NCBI GenBank assembly: GCA_031403975.1
Contig: JANNGQ010001329.1
Coordinates: forward strand, 1-24,444
Direction: 5' to 3'
From: Planctomycetota bacterium
GTDB taxonomy: Bacteria > Planctomycetota > Planctomycetia > Planctomycetales > Planctomycetaceae
DNA length: 24,444 bases
Part shown: positions 8,538 to 17,899 of the stretch, in pieces
How the letters are laid out: every line of letters starts with the position of its first letter
Position numbering within the stretch: the stretch's first letter is position 1
The notes under the pieces: generated by a model
The model's input: the letters and a program-made list of their open reading frames with translations, nothing else
Databases searched by the model: none
Told to the model about the DNA's origin: nothing
Position numbers and translations under genes: made by a program

Positions 8538-11327
8538 CTACGGTGCGAACGTAATGATCTGAGCGGCATCCGCGCCGTTCCAGACCCGGACAGTTCCATC
8601 TTCTCCGCCGGAGATGACCTGAGTGCCGTCGGTGGAAACGACAGCCCGGTAGACATAATCGCCGTTGCCACCGAATTCCCGGGCAGGGTTGCCGTTGCTG
8701 GGTGTGTGGAAGAAGACTCGTTTGTCACCGCTGCTGCTGACAATCATGTCCTGCAGGCCCACGAACTGCAGCGACGTCACCTGACGTGTATAAGTGCTGA
8801 TCGTGCGAGACTGTTCGCCGGTCTCGGCATTCCAGATCTTGATTGTGTTGTCCGCTCCGGCGCTGGCCAGAGAGGTGCGGTCGGCTTTCCAGGAAACGTC
8901 CATGACATGATGCGTATGGCCCTCGAAAGAGCGGATGAACTGACCGCTGGTCACATCAAAGACTTTGACAAACTTGTCCGCTGCTGCGGTTGCAAGCAGT
9001 TTGCCGTCGGCGGAAAACTCCAGCCCGTACACCGTGTCGCTGTGGGCATCGTCAAACCGGCGGAGAAGTGATCCGTCTGCAACATTCCAGAGCGTCAATT
9101 GACCAGAACGCGATGCTTCGCCTCCCCCGACGGCCAGAAGCGTTCCGTCCGGTGAAAACGCCAGCGAAAGGACTCGATCGACGAACACGGAATCCCCGCC
9201 GGTTTCCGCTCCGCCGAGGAAACCGGCGAGCTGCCATTCCGGAAACGCCGTGCGAGTCACCAGCCGACCGTCTGCGGTCTGCAGTATGACGCCGGCACCG
9301 GCGGGTTTCATCAGAGAAACCGCGGCTCCGACTTTCGTTCCCGGCAGCACTTCAATCGCCGCTCCGTCCACGGAATTCCAGAGCCGCACCATTCCCGACG
9401 TATCACCCGTGAAGACGTAGCGACCATCGATCGACAATGAAGCCAACGCCGCAGTCACGGGCAGTGCAGCGGCCGGTTTCAGTTCTTCAGCGGTGGCAGC
9501 GGCGGTCGTCGCTTCCGCGGTCGCCGCTTCGTGCTGCAGCTTCCGGTCGGCAACACGCTGTTCAGCCCGCGCAATGCTTTGAACTGCAAATTCGACGGAC
9601 TTCTTTGCAATAGACAACTCTGAATCGGCCTTCTGCAGAATCTCTTTCTCTTTGGTTTCCGACTGTTCGGCATCCGTCACGGCCTTCTTGAGAGCCTCGT
9701 CGTCGGTTTTACCTTCGAGGGCCGTCTTCGCAGCAGCAGTGATCGCGACCGCGGCGTCAAACTTTGTTTTCGCGTCTGCCTGAAGCGGAATCTGTTTGTC
9801 GACTTCGGCCTTTGCCTTTGTTTCCGCCTCTTTCTGAGCCACAAGTTCCTTGTCGGCCTCATCAATCTGAGTCTTGAGCACGGCGACCCGGGCATCGCGA
9901 ACAGCCTTCATCTGCTCCGACTGTTTGAGCCGTCGCTGAGCCGTCTGATCAGCAGTGAGTGCTGCGATCTGTTTCGATTCCTTGATTGACCACAGCATAG
10001 ACTGGCCGTCGGCGAGGACGAAGACAGCTCGATCGATGGCTGAGTCCATATCCAGCCCGGTGACCGCAACCGGCAATTCGAATCGCCCGGTCTGAGTTGC
10101 ATCCTCAACTTTCCAGTTTTGTACCGTTCGGTCTGCTGCGATGGTCAGCAGCGATGACCCGTGACCAGTAATCTTCTGAATCGGTCCCGCATCGGATTTT
10201 AATTCACCGGTGATTGTCACTGCTCCGGAATCTGCCGCGACGGCGAGGAGTCGCACGCTGCCGTCGGCGAGGAGCGCGGCGACTCTGCCGCCGGACAATT
10301 CGTCGCTCAAAGCGGTCACCGCCGCCGGCAACGGTTCTGATTTATGAGCAACCTGCATTTCAGTTCCTCTGATGACGACAATCCGTGCATCTCCCGTTGC
10401 CGCCAGAATCCACTTCGGTTCTGTCGAAAACACGGACAGCGCGGAAACGGCATGTCCGTCGATCGCGATCACTCCTCGTTCTGTGCCTGACTCAGCATTC
10501 ACAATCACGATTCCGCGAGAGGCAACCGCCAGACACCGCTCTTTTCCGTCGGCATTCGCAGCCCAGACCAGGGCATCGGCCGGAATCGGGATCGCAGACG
10601 CGATGCTCCCGGCATCACGTCGCCAGAGTTTCACGTTGCGGTAACCCGAAGTTGCAATCATCGGTTCGGTCGGGTGAAATGCGATGGCGTGGACAAAATC
10701 CAGATGAGCAGCGCCGGCCGGCTCTTCACTTCCCGGCAATTTGATTTGCGGATCGATCAGCGTCGCAATGACCTCCCGTCGAATCATGTCGTAGACGCTG
10801 ACACGACTGCCGCGGCCTGCAGCGATGAATCGCCCCGTACTGTCGACGTCCAGAGAATAAACGCCCTGCAGCTTCGGGCTGATCGGCTGCCAGTTCATCG
10901 TCTTTGTTGCCGCGACACTGCCGGCTTTGGCACCTTCGACAATCCATTGCCGCAGAATCCCCAGTTGTTGCGGAGTCATCTCTTTCGCCTGCCGATCGTT
11001 CGGCGTCGGCGGCATGACAGGATCTTCTCCGCGGCGAGTCAGCTTGAAAATCAGACTCTCGTCCGGTTTCTCAGGCACGACCGCCGGACCACTCGCCCCG
11101 CCCTTCAGGATAGACTCGATATTCTCCAGAATCAGCTCGCCTTCCGAAGTCGTGACATTGTGGCACGCGATGCAGTTCGCTTCCAGAATCGGACGCACGT
11201 CGAGTTCGAATTCGACCGCTCTTCCAAGCGACGGCTCTTCGTGCGCAATGGGTTTGAATTCATCGGCGATGGCAGGAAGAATCTGCTGCAGTGCTGCCAG
11301 GCAGATCACGAAGGTCGTTTTGATCAT
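8538..11327 (-). CDS. Planctomycete cytochrome c (PSCyt1) + WD40-repeat protein with an internal coiled coil, exported
   Basis: N-terminal signal-like sequence; VRPILEANCIACHN (CxxCH at 11160-11174); GGASGPAVVP...MPP...WIVEGA; multiple WD40 repeats (SLAFSPDG, GHTHHVMDVSWKADR, DGTVRVWN); Ala/Lys/Glu-rich insert at about 9470-9950. Confidence 0.9.
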   Translation of the reverse strand: MIKTTFVICLAALQQILPAIADEFKPIAHEEPSLGRAVEFELDVRPILEANCIACHNVTTSEGELILENIESILKGGASGPAVVPEKPDESLIFKLTRRGEDPVMPPTPNDRQAKEMTPQQLGILRQWIVEGAKAGSVAATKTMNWQPISPKLQGVYSLDVDSTGRFIAAGRGSRVSVYDMIRREVIATLIDPQIKLPGSEEPAGAAHLDFVHAIAFHPTEPMIATSGYRNVKLWRRDAGSIASAIPIPADALVWAANADGKERCLAVASRGIVIVNAESGTERGVIAIDGHAVSALSVFSTEPKWILAATGDARIVVIRGTEMQVAHKSEPLPAAVTALSDELSGGRVAALLADGSVRLLAVAADSGAVTITGELKSDAGPIQKITGHGSSLLTIAADRTVQNWKVEDATQTGRFELPVAVTGLDMDSAIDRAVFVLADGQSMLWSIKESKQIAALTADQTAQRRLKQSEQMKAVRDARVAVLKTQIDEADKELVAQKEAETKAKAEVDKQIPLQADAKTKFDAAVAITAAAKTALEGKTDDEALKKAVTDAEQSETKEKEILQKADSELSIAKKSVEFAVQSIARAEQRVADRKLQHEAATAEATTAAATAEELKPAAALPVTAALASLSIDGRYVFTGDTSGMVRLWNSVDGAAIEVLPGTKVGAAVSLMKPAGAGVILQTADGRLVTRTAFPEWQLAGFLGGAETGGDSVFVDRVLSLAFSPDGTLLAVGGGEASRSGQLTLWNVADGSLLRRFDDAHSDTVYGLEFSADGKLLATAAADKFVKVFDVTSGQFIRSFEGHTHHVMDVSWKADRTSLASAGADNTIKIWNAETGEQSRTISTYTRQVTSLQFVGLQDMIVSSSGDKRVFFHTPSNGNPAREFGGNGDYVYRAVVSTDGTQVISGGEDGTVRVWNGADAAQIITFAP

Positions 11328-11442
11328 AGCGGTTTCTCAACACCTTTCAGTTTTCACTCACATAGTCCGGTCTTCGCTCGAGAATGCCGTCAAATTCAGG
11401 ATCGTCGCGAGATGATCCGCCCCGGAGTGGCGGTGCACATTT

Positions 11443-14400
11443 TTACTCGGTCACCTTCACTGCAATGGGCACATCGGTTGAAGCAGCACGGCCGTTGAAA
11501 TCACCCGTCGCGCGGATGACGACATTGGCAAGGTCTCCGACTGCTGCGTCCGCAGCGGCCGTGATGGTCAGCGTTCCTTCGTTCACATCAGAGGCGACAT
11601 CAACGGCTTCGGCGGCAAGCCCTGTGACGCCGTCCGGCATGACAAGTGTCAGCTTCACAGCCCCGGTAAAATTGTTCTTTCGGGCGAGCGTGACTTTGAC
11701 AACAAGAGTGGCACTTCGTTTGACCGCTCCCGCATCCGGAACCGCCGCGGTCAGTTTTGCCGGAGCCGGATGGATTGTGATCACCAGCGGATCAGAGATT
11801 GCGCGTACATTGAGATTGTTCGGCTTGGAGGCTTCTTCAGCCTTCTTGAGAGAGTCGTCTGCCGCAGCTTTCGCGGCGGTCGCAGTTTCGACATCTTTCT
11901 GAGCGACCGTCAATGCCGTCCCGGCCGCATCCACCGCCAGAGCGAGTCTGGTCATTTCGTTTTCGGAGTCTGCCTTCTCTTTAGTTTTTACGGCTTCCAG
12001 TTCTTTCGAGGCGGCAACCCGTTTCGCGAGTTCCCCCGCGCCATTGCTGGAGGCTTCCACGTTCCTGACGGCCACATCAGCGGCCGCTGACGCATCCGTG
12101 ACTGACTGCAGTGCGGCGTTCAGTTCTTCAGGAGTGCTGGTTGCCACGGTTTTCACAAGGGCGAGTTGTGCCTGAACTTCTGTGAGGGCGTTCAGAGAAC
12201 TCTGCTGTCCGGCAACAGCCGCTGAAAACTCATCCCTCAGGGTCTGCTGCTGAGCCACGTAAACAGCCAGTTCCTCGGTCAGCTTCTTAGTCAATTCCGT
12301 AAGAACGACGACCTTTTGCTGAGCGTCCTTCAGACCGGTGTCAGCGGCAGCGGCGGCGGCTTGCCGTGCAGCGACGGCTGCATCCGCATCCGTCGCTTTG
12401 ACTTTCGCACGGTCGGCCTGCCACGGGTTGCGGCGGTACGGAACTGAGGATGTGCCCTGCACCAGGATCGCGTTGGTCGATGCGGGGGCGTTCTCCTTGA
12501 AGTAGATCCGGGCCACCACGCTGTCCTTGCCTGGTTCGATCGCAACGTTCGGCGCATCAACTTCACCTGGCATTCCATAGAAGCTCAGATCCACCTTGCC
12601 GTCAAAGCCCGTGCGGCGGGCAATCCGGATCGGAACGAGCAATTGCTGATCCTGACTGAAATCGGTGGTCACCGGATCGACAAGAATCGAAAACGGCTGC
12701 TCATCTTTCATCACTCCGGCGACAAGTGATTCTGTCAGTCTTGCTGTACGAGGGAGTCCGTTGAGAGCATCGTGAATCAAAGTCGCCACCTGGGCATCGC
12801 GTGACAGGGCGGCCTCACCTGAACCGCTTTGGCCTGCGATTCGAATCGGAAGTATTTGCTCTGCAGCATCCGACGCGGCTGTGAGCACCAGCTTTGCAGA
12901 TGTCTGACCGGGTCCGATCACAGACGGACGGCAGGTGATGCCGGGGGGCAGCGGTAATGCTTCTCTCCGAACAGAATTGCCGAGGCCGCTGAGAAAACTC
13001 TCCGCGGTCAGCTGGATCGCTGCCGCGTGACCATCGTGGCGATAGGCGTACACCGTCAGTTCGTAACTTCCGCCTTTTCGGAGACTGACCGCTCCGCTGG
13101 TGGCAGGAGCTTTTCCATCGGCGGACGGGAACGCATCGAACACAACGAGGCTGAAATCAGGCTTCGGTTGTCGCACAGACAATCGGTAGCTCAGCCGCGG
13201 ATCACCGCGCGTATCGGCATAACGGTCTCGAAGTCGCACTCGATAGGTTCCGTCCTCCGGAATATCCAGTCGAATCGACGGGTCATCGCTGAGCGTCGGC
13301 AGATCGGCTCCGCCCGGGTTTTGTTTGTCATCATCTTCGGTCGCGAGACGATTGAACGTGACCGTCCCGTCGGCATTGCTGATAACGCGTTCGACCATCA
13401 GCAGCGGATCAGCAATCGAACCCAGTCTCTGTGCAAACACCTCGATAATCCACGATTCGCCTTTCTTTGCGTCGAACCTGAAGACGTCCTCGTCCGATCT
13501 TTCGGCGAAACTGCCCGTTGCTTCGAACGGCGCAGTCGCGGCCTGATCCGGAGATTCTGCGGCTTCCGAAATGGGTGCTCGTTCCGCACGACCGACCCGG
13601 ACGAGGTTACCTTCCACACCGTTCCACCAGCAGGAATCTGCAAATGCGCTCGTGGCAGAACCGCCAACCGCCATTCGTTCGGACGCCGGAGCGATGATCA
13701 TCTGCCGACGAAACACGGTGTTTCCAGCGAGCCTGTTTTCCGTCGGTTGACCGCCGGGCAGATTCCGGCCGAATACAGTGACGGTCGTCGGAGCATTTGC
13801 AACAACAAACGCCGGGCTGATCCAGTCGACCAGGGGCCTCGAATCGAACGCCAGCCGATACACGAACTGATCACCGCCGCCGTACACGGTATCCTGAACT
13901 CGGAGGATGAGTTCTTCATCGGCCGCCGCCTTCCAGACGAGACTCGCTTCCTGCGAAAAGACTCGTCGCGATTCCGCAAGCCGGCGACCGTTGACGCTGA
14001 ACAGCTGCAGGACGGGCTGCATCGGCGAATCGAGTCTTGCAGCCTCGGAGCGGATGACAAGTGTCTGCCCGGCCGTTACCGGAATGCGGAAGAAGTCGAC
14101 ATCCGTTCCGCCGTTGGCTCGTCCGTTGAAAATGGTATTCATCGTGACAGGCGTTGCCTGGGCAGCGGCGTTGTTCGGTTCTGCTTCGGCGACTTCAGGC
14201 AGAGTGTCGACCCTGAACATTCTCGGATTGCTGATGCCGAACAGTCCGCGGACCCGTACATCATAAAGGCCGGGAGGTACGTCGCTTGCCACGGTCACCG
14301 TGAAAGTGTTAACGACGAGGTTGCCGGCGGCGTCCGCTTTCGGGACGGCTGTGATTCCCGGATGAACGAAGATCATCGCATCGAGCTCATCGAGATCTGT

Positions 14401-14550
14401 GCCGCCGCCGACCGTCAGCTCGACCGATGAACCCTGCTGTCCGCCAGACGGAAAAACAGACGTGATCCGTGTCTGAGGCAGTTGAGCGACGGTCTCGGAT
14501 GCCGCCGCGGTGAAGAATGTCGCAGCGATGAGGAATCGGATCCAGGTCAT
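11443..14550 (-). CDS. Exported PPC (pre-peptidase C-terminal)-domain protein with a long coiled-coil insert, 1035 aa
   Basis: Signal peptide MTWIRFLIAATFFTAAA with AGGA RBS; SVFPSGGQQGSSVELTV; EAEPNN, DVDFFR and DEDVFRFDAKKG PPC-type motifs; no protease catalytic domain recognised. The ORF-track start at 14673 reads through repeat DNA. Confidence 0.85.
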   Translation of the reverse strand: MTWIRFLIAATFFTAAASETVAQLPQTRITSVFPSGGQQGSSVELTVGGGTDLDELDAMIFVHPGITAVPKADAAGNLVVNTFTVTVASDVPPGLYDVRVRGLFGISNPRMFRVDTLPEVAEAEPNNAAAQATPVTMNTIFNGRANGGTDVDFFRIPVTAGQTLVIRSEAARLDSPMQPVLQLFSVNGRRLAESRRVFSQEASLVWKAAADEELILRVQDTVYGGGDQFVYRLAFDSRPLVDWISPAFVVANAPTTVTVFGRNLPGGQPTENRLAGNTVFRRQMIIAPASERMAVGGSATSAFADSCWWNGVEGNLVRVGRAERAPISEAAESPDQAATAPFEATGSFAERSDEDVFRFDAKKGESWIIEVFAQRLGSIADPLLMVERVISNADGTVTFNRLATEDDDKQNPGGADLPTLSDDPSIRLDIPEDGTYRVRLRDRYADTRGDPRLSYRLSVRQPKPDFSLVVFDAFPSADGKAPATSGAVSLRKGGSYELTVYAYRHDGHAAAIQLTAESFLSGLGNSVRREALPLPPGITCRPSVIGPGQTSAKLVLTAASDAAEQILPIRIAGQSGSGEAALSRDAQVATLIHDALNGLPRTARLTESLVAGVMKDEQPFSILVDPVTTDFSQDQQLLVPIRIARRTGFDGKVDLSFYGMPGEVDAPNVAIEPGKDSVVARIYFKENAPASTNAILVQGTSSVPYRRNPWQADRAKVKATDADAAVAARQAAAAAADTGLKDAQQKVVVLTELTKKLTEELAVYVAQQQTLRDEFSAAVAGQQSSLNALTEVQAQLALVKTVATSTPEELNAALQSVTDASAAADVAVRNVEASSNGAGELAKRVAASKELEAVKTKEKADSENEMTRLALAVDAAGTALTVAQKDVETATAAKAAADDSLKKAEEASKPNNLNVRAISDPLVITIHPAPAKLTAAVPDAGAVKRSATLVVKVTLARKNNFTGAVKLTLVMPDGVTGLAAEAVDVASDVNEGTLTITAAADAAVGDLANVVIRATGDFNGRAASTDVPIAVKVTE

Positions 14551-14645
14551 GCGGTCGGTCCTGGGTGGAAGCACTTTAGAGGCGGGATGGAAGCGGATCG
14601 ATGGAGTGGCCGGACGACTGTTCGCCCGCCGCTCCTCCGACGGAG

Positions 14646-14715
14646 AATCCCTGCCGACGGAGCGGCAGGGCAACAGTAGGAATCCCTGCCGACGGAGCGG
14701 CAGGACAACAGTAGG
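14646..14715. repeat. Two tandem 35-bp hairpin-containing direct repeats
   Basis: AATCCCTGCCGACGGAGCGGCAGG(G/A)CAACAGTAGG at 14646-14680 and 14681-14715, one mismatch; each unit holds CCTGCCG-ACGGAG-CGGCAGG. Confidence 0.9.
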
Positions 14716-14726
14716 CGGGAACCATA

Positions 14727-17192
14727 TTAATGGTTGAACTGAAACTCTTTTGTATTGATCAAAGCCCAGACGATATCTTCGTATCCGCCCCGGACATTGT
14801 CGGCGTGGCGTTTGAGGTAACTGACGGCAACCTCCTGTTCATCAGCATTCGGACCGCGGGCGAAGACCCATCGGTAAAGTTCGCCGATGCGTTCCTCATC
14901 CGGTCGGGCCGTATCAGCCGCCAGCCGCGCCGTACGGGCACCGTCGCGGGCGATCTTGTCCTGAATCTCGCGACCATTCAGCAAGTGCAGACTCTGCGCC
15001 AGATTCGCATCCATGCTCCTTTCGCATTCGCACGCGGTGTCTCCTTTCGGCTGACCGAAGACCTGCAGAAAGTAGGTTGCACTGGATGCATCCGCCAGTT
15101 GCATGGCTTTGGTTCCCGTCGGCATGCCCCCGAAATTCTCACTCGTGTCGGTGACCTGATGAAAGGCGTCGTAGAGCACTTCCGCACTCAGGCGTCGCGG
15201 GTAATAGCGCGAGAAATTCTGCTTGTCGCTCGCATTGAATTCGTTCGGCAGAGCACTGAGCTGATAAGTCCTCGAACGGCAGATGGTGCGGACAAGATCC
15301 TTGAGATCGAAGCCGGACTTAATGAAGTGATCGGCAAGAGCATCCAGCAGCTCCGGATTCGCCGGCGGATTTGTGGCCCGCATATCGTCTTCCGGTTCGA
15401 CAATGCCCCGGCTGAAGAAATGCTTCCAGTAACGATTCACAAGCGACTTCGCAAAGAAGGGATTCTTCGGATCTGACATCCAGTCGGCAAGCTGAACCCG
15501 GGGATCACGATCCGCCGCAATTTCGTAGGCGGCTTCAGCGCCGAGGCCGGTCGGTTTCAGAGATTTTCCCGAGCGGGGATTGCTGGCCGTTGCCACGCCT
15601 TCATTGTGGAAGACGCGCCGATCGCGCATGGTGCCGGAGGCGTTGGGGAGCGTCTTTTTGCCGACTCGACCGTAAAACGCCGCCATGCCGTAGTAATCAT
15701 CCTGGCTCCATTTTTCGAAAGGATGATGGTGACAGCGGGCACATTGAATCCTCAGACCGAGAAACAGCTGAGCCGTATCTTCGACCTGTTCTTCCATGCT
15801 GTCGACATCGCGATACCAAGTGACAGGCGGATTGATCTGAGGATCTCCGGAGGCCGTCACGATCTCGCGGACGAACTGATCGTAGGGAGTGTTGTCATAC
15901 ACTTTGCTCCACAGCCATTGATGGAACAACATGGTCCCCGGAGCATCGTCTCCGCCTTCCTTCTTGTTTCGCAGCACGAAGTTCCATTTGTTGGAGAAAT
16001 GGTCAGCGTAGGCGGAACTTTCGAGCAGTCTGTCGATCAGCTGACTCCGCTTTTCGGTCGACGTGTCGGCAAGGAATGCCTTAACCTCATCTTCCAGCGG
16101 TAAAATGCCGGCAATGTCCAGCGAAACGCGCCGCATGAATGTGGCGTCGTCGCAGTCTCCGGAAGCCGGGATACCCAGCTGCTTCAGTTTTCCGAAAACG
16201 GCGGTGTCCACAAAGTTGACTGCTGCGGGCATGCTGGACGTGTCAGCGCCCAGAGGAATTGTGGCCCGGAATGTCGCAACCTGTCCCTGATAGCGCGCCA
16301 TGATGGCAACTTCACCTGCCAGATCCAGCGTACTCACCAGCCCTGTTCCCGAGCTCTCAGCCATCTCCGCTTCATTCGGCTCGAACAGCGCCATGCGAGT
16401 CACGTCTTCGGTGGTCCCGTCGCTGTAGGTTGCAATCACAGCAATCTGCTGCGCGGCCGCGCGCTTCATAACGCGGGCTTCAGGGATACAGCGGATGCCC
16501 GTAACAAACGGATCGCTGTCGCTGCCGAATGGCATCCCCTGTTCGATCCACTGGACCAGCAGATCGTATTCATAGCTGCCATGTTCCATGCGTTTGCCGC
16601 CTCCATGAGGACTGCTGCCGACGGCTTTCTTCAGCAACAGGCTGGCTTCAGGCACTGCCGGAAAGATCCGACGACCACGGGATTCCTTACGCAGAAACTC
16701 GAAATCGTCTTCGGGCACGAATCCCAGCAGTGACAGCTTAAAGCCGTTCTGGCCGCCCGACTTGCCGTGGCAGCCGCCGCCGTTGCACCCCAGCTTAGTA
16801 AAGATCGGAACGACCTGATTCCGAAAATTGATCGGCAGCGGCTGGGCAAAACCGCTGACCGTCACTCTGGCTGAAGCCGTCTTGTCTCCGAGACTCGCCG
16901 TGACCGTACTCTCGCCGTCCGCGGAAGGAACGGCCAGTCCTGTCGTATCAATCCCAAGCACGCCGGGATCAGAAACGGTCCAACTCACCTCGCGAGTCAC
17001 ATCCCGGACTGATCCGTCATCGCCCACAGCCGTGACGATCAGTTGCTGACGCGCATCGCGCGTGCGGATGGCAACGACATCCGCCTGACCGACGGGACCT
17101 ACTTCAAGCCGGACAGTTTCCGCAGCAGAGACCGTTGCCGACAGGGCCGCGCAAATCGAAACTACGGCAACAGAGCTCCAGAGGGACGTCAT
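14727..17192 (-). CDS. DUF1549 (PSCyt2) / DUF1553 (PSD1) protein with Ig-like (Big_2) domains, exported, 821 aa
   Basis: AGGAG RBS before ATG 17192, signal peptide, INFRNQVVPIFTKLGCNGGGCHG, FMRRVSLDIAG, QLFLGLRIQCARCHHHPFEKWSQDDYY, FAKSLVNRYWKHFFSRGIVEPEDD, TACECERS, LINTKEFQFNH. Confidence 0.93.
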   Translation of the reverse strand: MTSLWSSVAVVSICAALSATVSAAETVRLEVGPVGQADVVAIRTRDARQQLIVTAVGDDGSVRDVTREVSWTVSDPGVLGIDTTGLAVPSADGESTVTASLGDKTASARVTVSGFAQPLPINFRNQVVPIFTKLGCNGGGCHGKSGGQNGFKLSLLGFVPEDDFEFLRKESRGRRIFPAVPEASLLLKKAVGSSPHGGGKRMEHGSYEYDLLVQWIEQGMPFGSDSDPFVTGIRCIPEARVMKRAAAQQIAVIATYSDGTTEDVTRMALFEPNEAEMAESSGTGLVSTLDLAGEVAIMARYQGQVATFRATIPLGADTSSMPAAVNFVDTAVFGKLKQLGIPASGDCDDATFMRRVSLDIAGILPLEDEVKAFLADTSTEKRSQLIDRLLESSAYADHFSNKWNFVLRNKKEGGDDAPGTMLFHQWLWSKVYDNTPYDQFVREIVTASGDPQINPPVTWYRDVDSMEEQVEDTAQLFLGLRIQCARCHHHPFEKWSQDDYYGMAAFYGRVGKKTLPNASGTMRDRRVFHNEGVATASNPRSGKSLKPTGLGAEAAYEIAADRDPRVQLADWMSDPKNPFFAKSLVNRYWKHFFSRGIVEPEDDMRATNPPANPELLDALADHFIKSGFDLKDLVRTICRSRTYQLSALPNEFNASDKQNFSRYYPRRLSAEVLYDAFHQVTDTSENFGGMPTGTKAMQLADASSATYFLQVFGQPKGDTACECERSMDANLAQSLHLLNGREIQDKIARDGARTARLAADTARPDEERIGELYRWVFARGPNADEQEVAVSYLKRHADNVRGGYEDIVWALINTKEFQFNH

Positions 17193-17325
17193 GCGTTTGA
17201 CTCCTGCAGGCGGGGAAAATCTCGACATCGTGTCGATGTCTGATGGGTTGGATCGTGTCGGATTCAGAAGCGCAATATCAAAGCGAACGAGGATTTCGCC
17301 GCTTCTGAATGGTTGGTGTGCATAC

Positions 17326-17353
17326 AGACTATTTGCTGAGCCGCCAGTGTCAA
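17326..17353 (-). promoter_or_regulatory. Putative sigma70-type promoter for the DUF1549-PPC-WD40 operon
   Basis: Minus strand TTGACA-N16-TAGTCT, about 130 nt upstream of the ATG at 17192. Confidence 0.4.
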
Positions 17354-17495
17354 GCATTGAAATGCTGATCGTTGTCCGGCCCGGCATTGGCTGCAAGTTC
17401 TCGCTTTTTGCGATTGACACCGGGCGAATTGTCATTCGCCCCGATCGGCAAAGCCATGAGGGATTCACAGCGATGAAAAATGCGGGAATGAAATC

Positions 17496-17559
17496 GTAGC
17501 CGAAATCGTGAGATTTCGGACTGACCCGGTCACCCCCGAATTCTCACGAATCCGGCTAC
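17496..17559. repeat. GTAG-type REP doublet, inverted copy of 4002-4064
   Basis: The reverse complement begins GTAGCCGGATTCGTGAGAATTCGGGG, identical for 26 nt to 4002-4027, and ends CCGAAATCTCACGATTTCGGCTAC. Confidence 0.9.
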
Positions 17560-17711
17560 GCAGATCTTTCACGGCGTTGCCGAACAGGTCGTCGACGCCA
17601 TCACTGATGTGCGGAAAAGTCCTGTGGACTCAAGTCGATCGCATTTCCGCGGATCAGCGATGCGACGATCACCAGTCTGCAAGGGGACTGTCGGATCAGT
17701 CGCGATTCCTT

Positions 17712-17794
17712 GTGGGGCAGGCTTCCAACTTGCCTGGACGTGAAAAATCGTCTGTGTTTTTGAATCAACGAGGCAGGCCGAAAGCCTGCCCCAA
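17712..17794. repeat. GTGG-type REP doublet (GGCAGGCTTCCAGCCTGCC family), degenerate
   Basis: GTGGGGCAGGCTTCCAACTTGCC ... GGCAGGCCGAAAGCCTGCCCCAA; same family as 22381-22440. Confidence 0.8.
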
Positions 17795-17899
17795 GATTGG
17801 GACGACCGTCTGCAAGTGAACTGGGGTTTGCGCTTGCGACCGTTGTCAGTGTGAAATTTTGCTTACCCGCATTTGTCAGTCAACAGGAGGACGACGCCT

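Noticed and set aside
4371-14430. Long antisense ORFs such as 4371..5459 (+), 10674..11498 (+) and 13027..14430 (+)
   Set aside because: Stop-poor shadows opposite well-supported GC-rich genes, with no motifs of their own.
14646-14715. Mini CRISPR array
   Set aside because: The two 35-bp repeats are directly adjacent with no spacer, and no cas genes are present.
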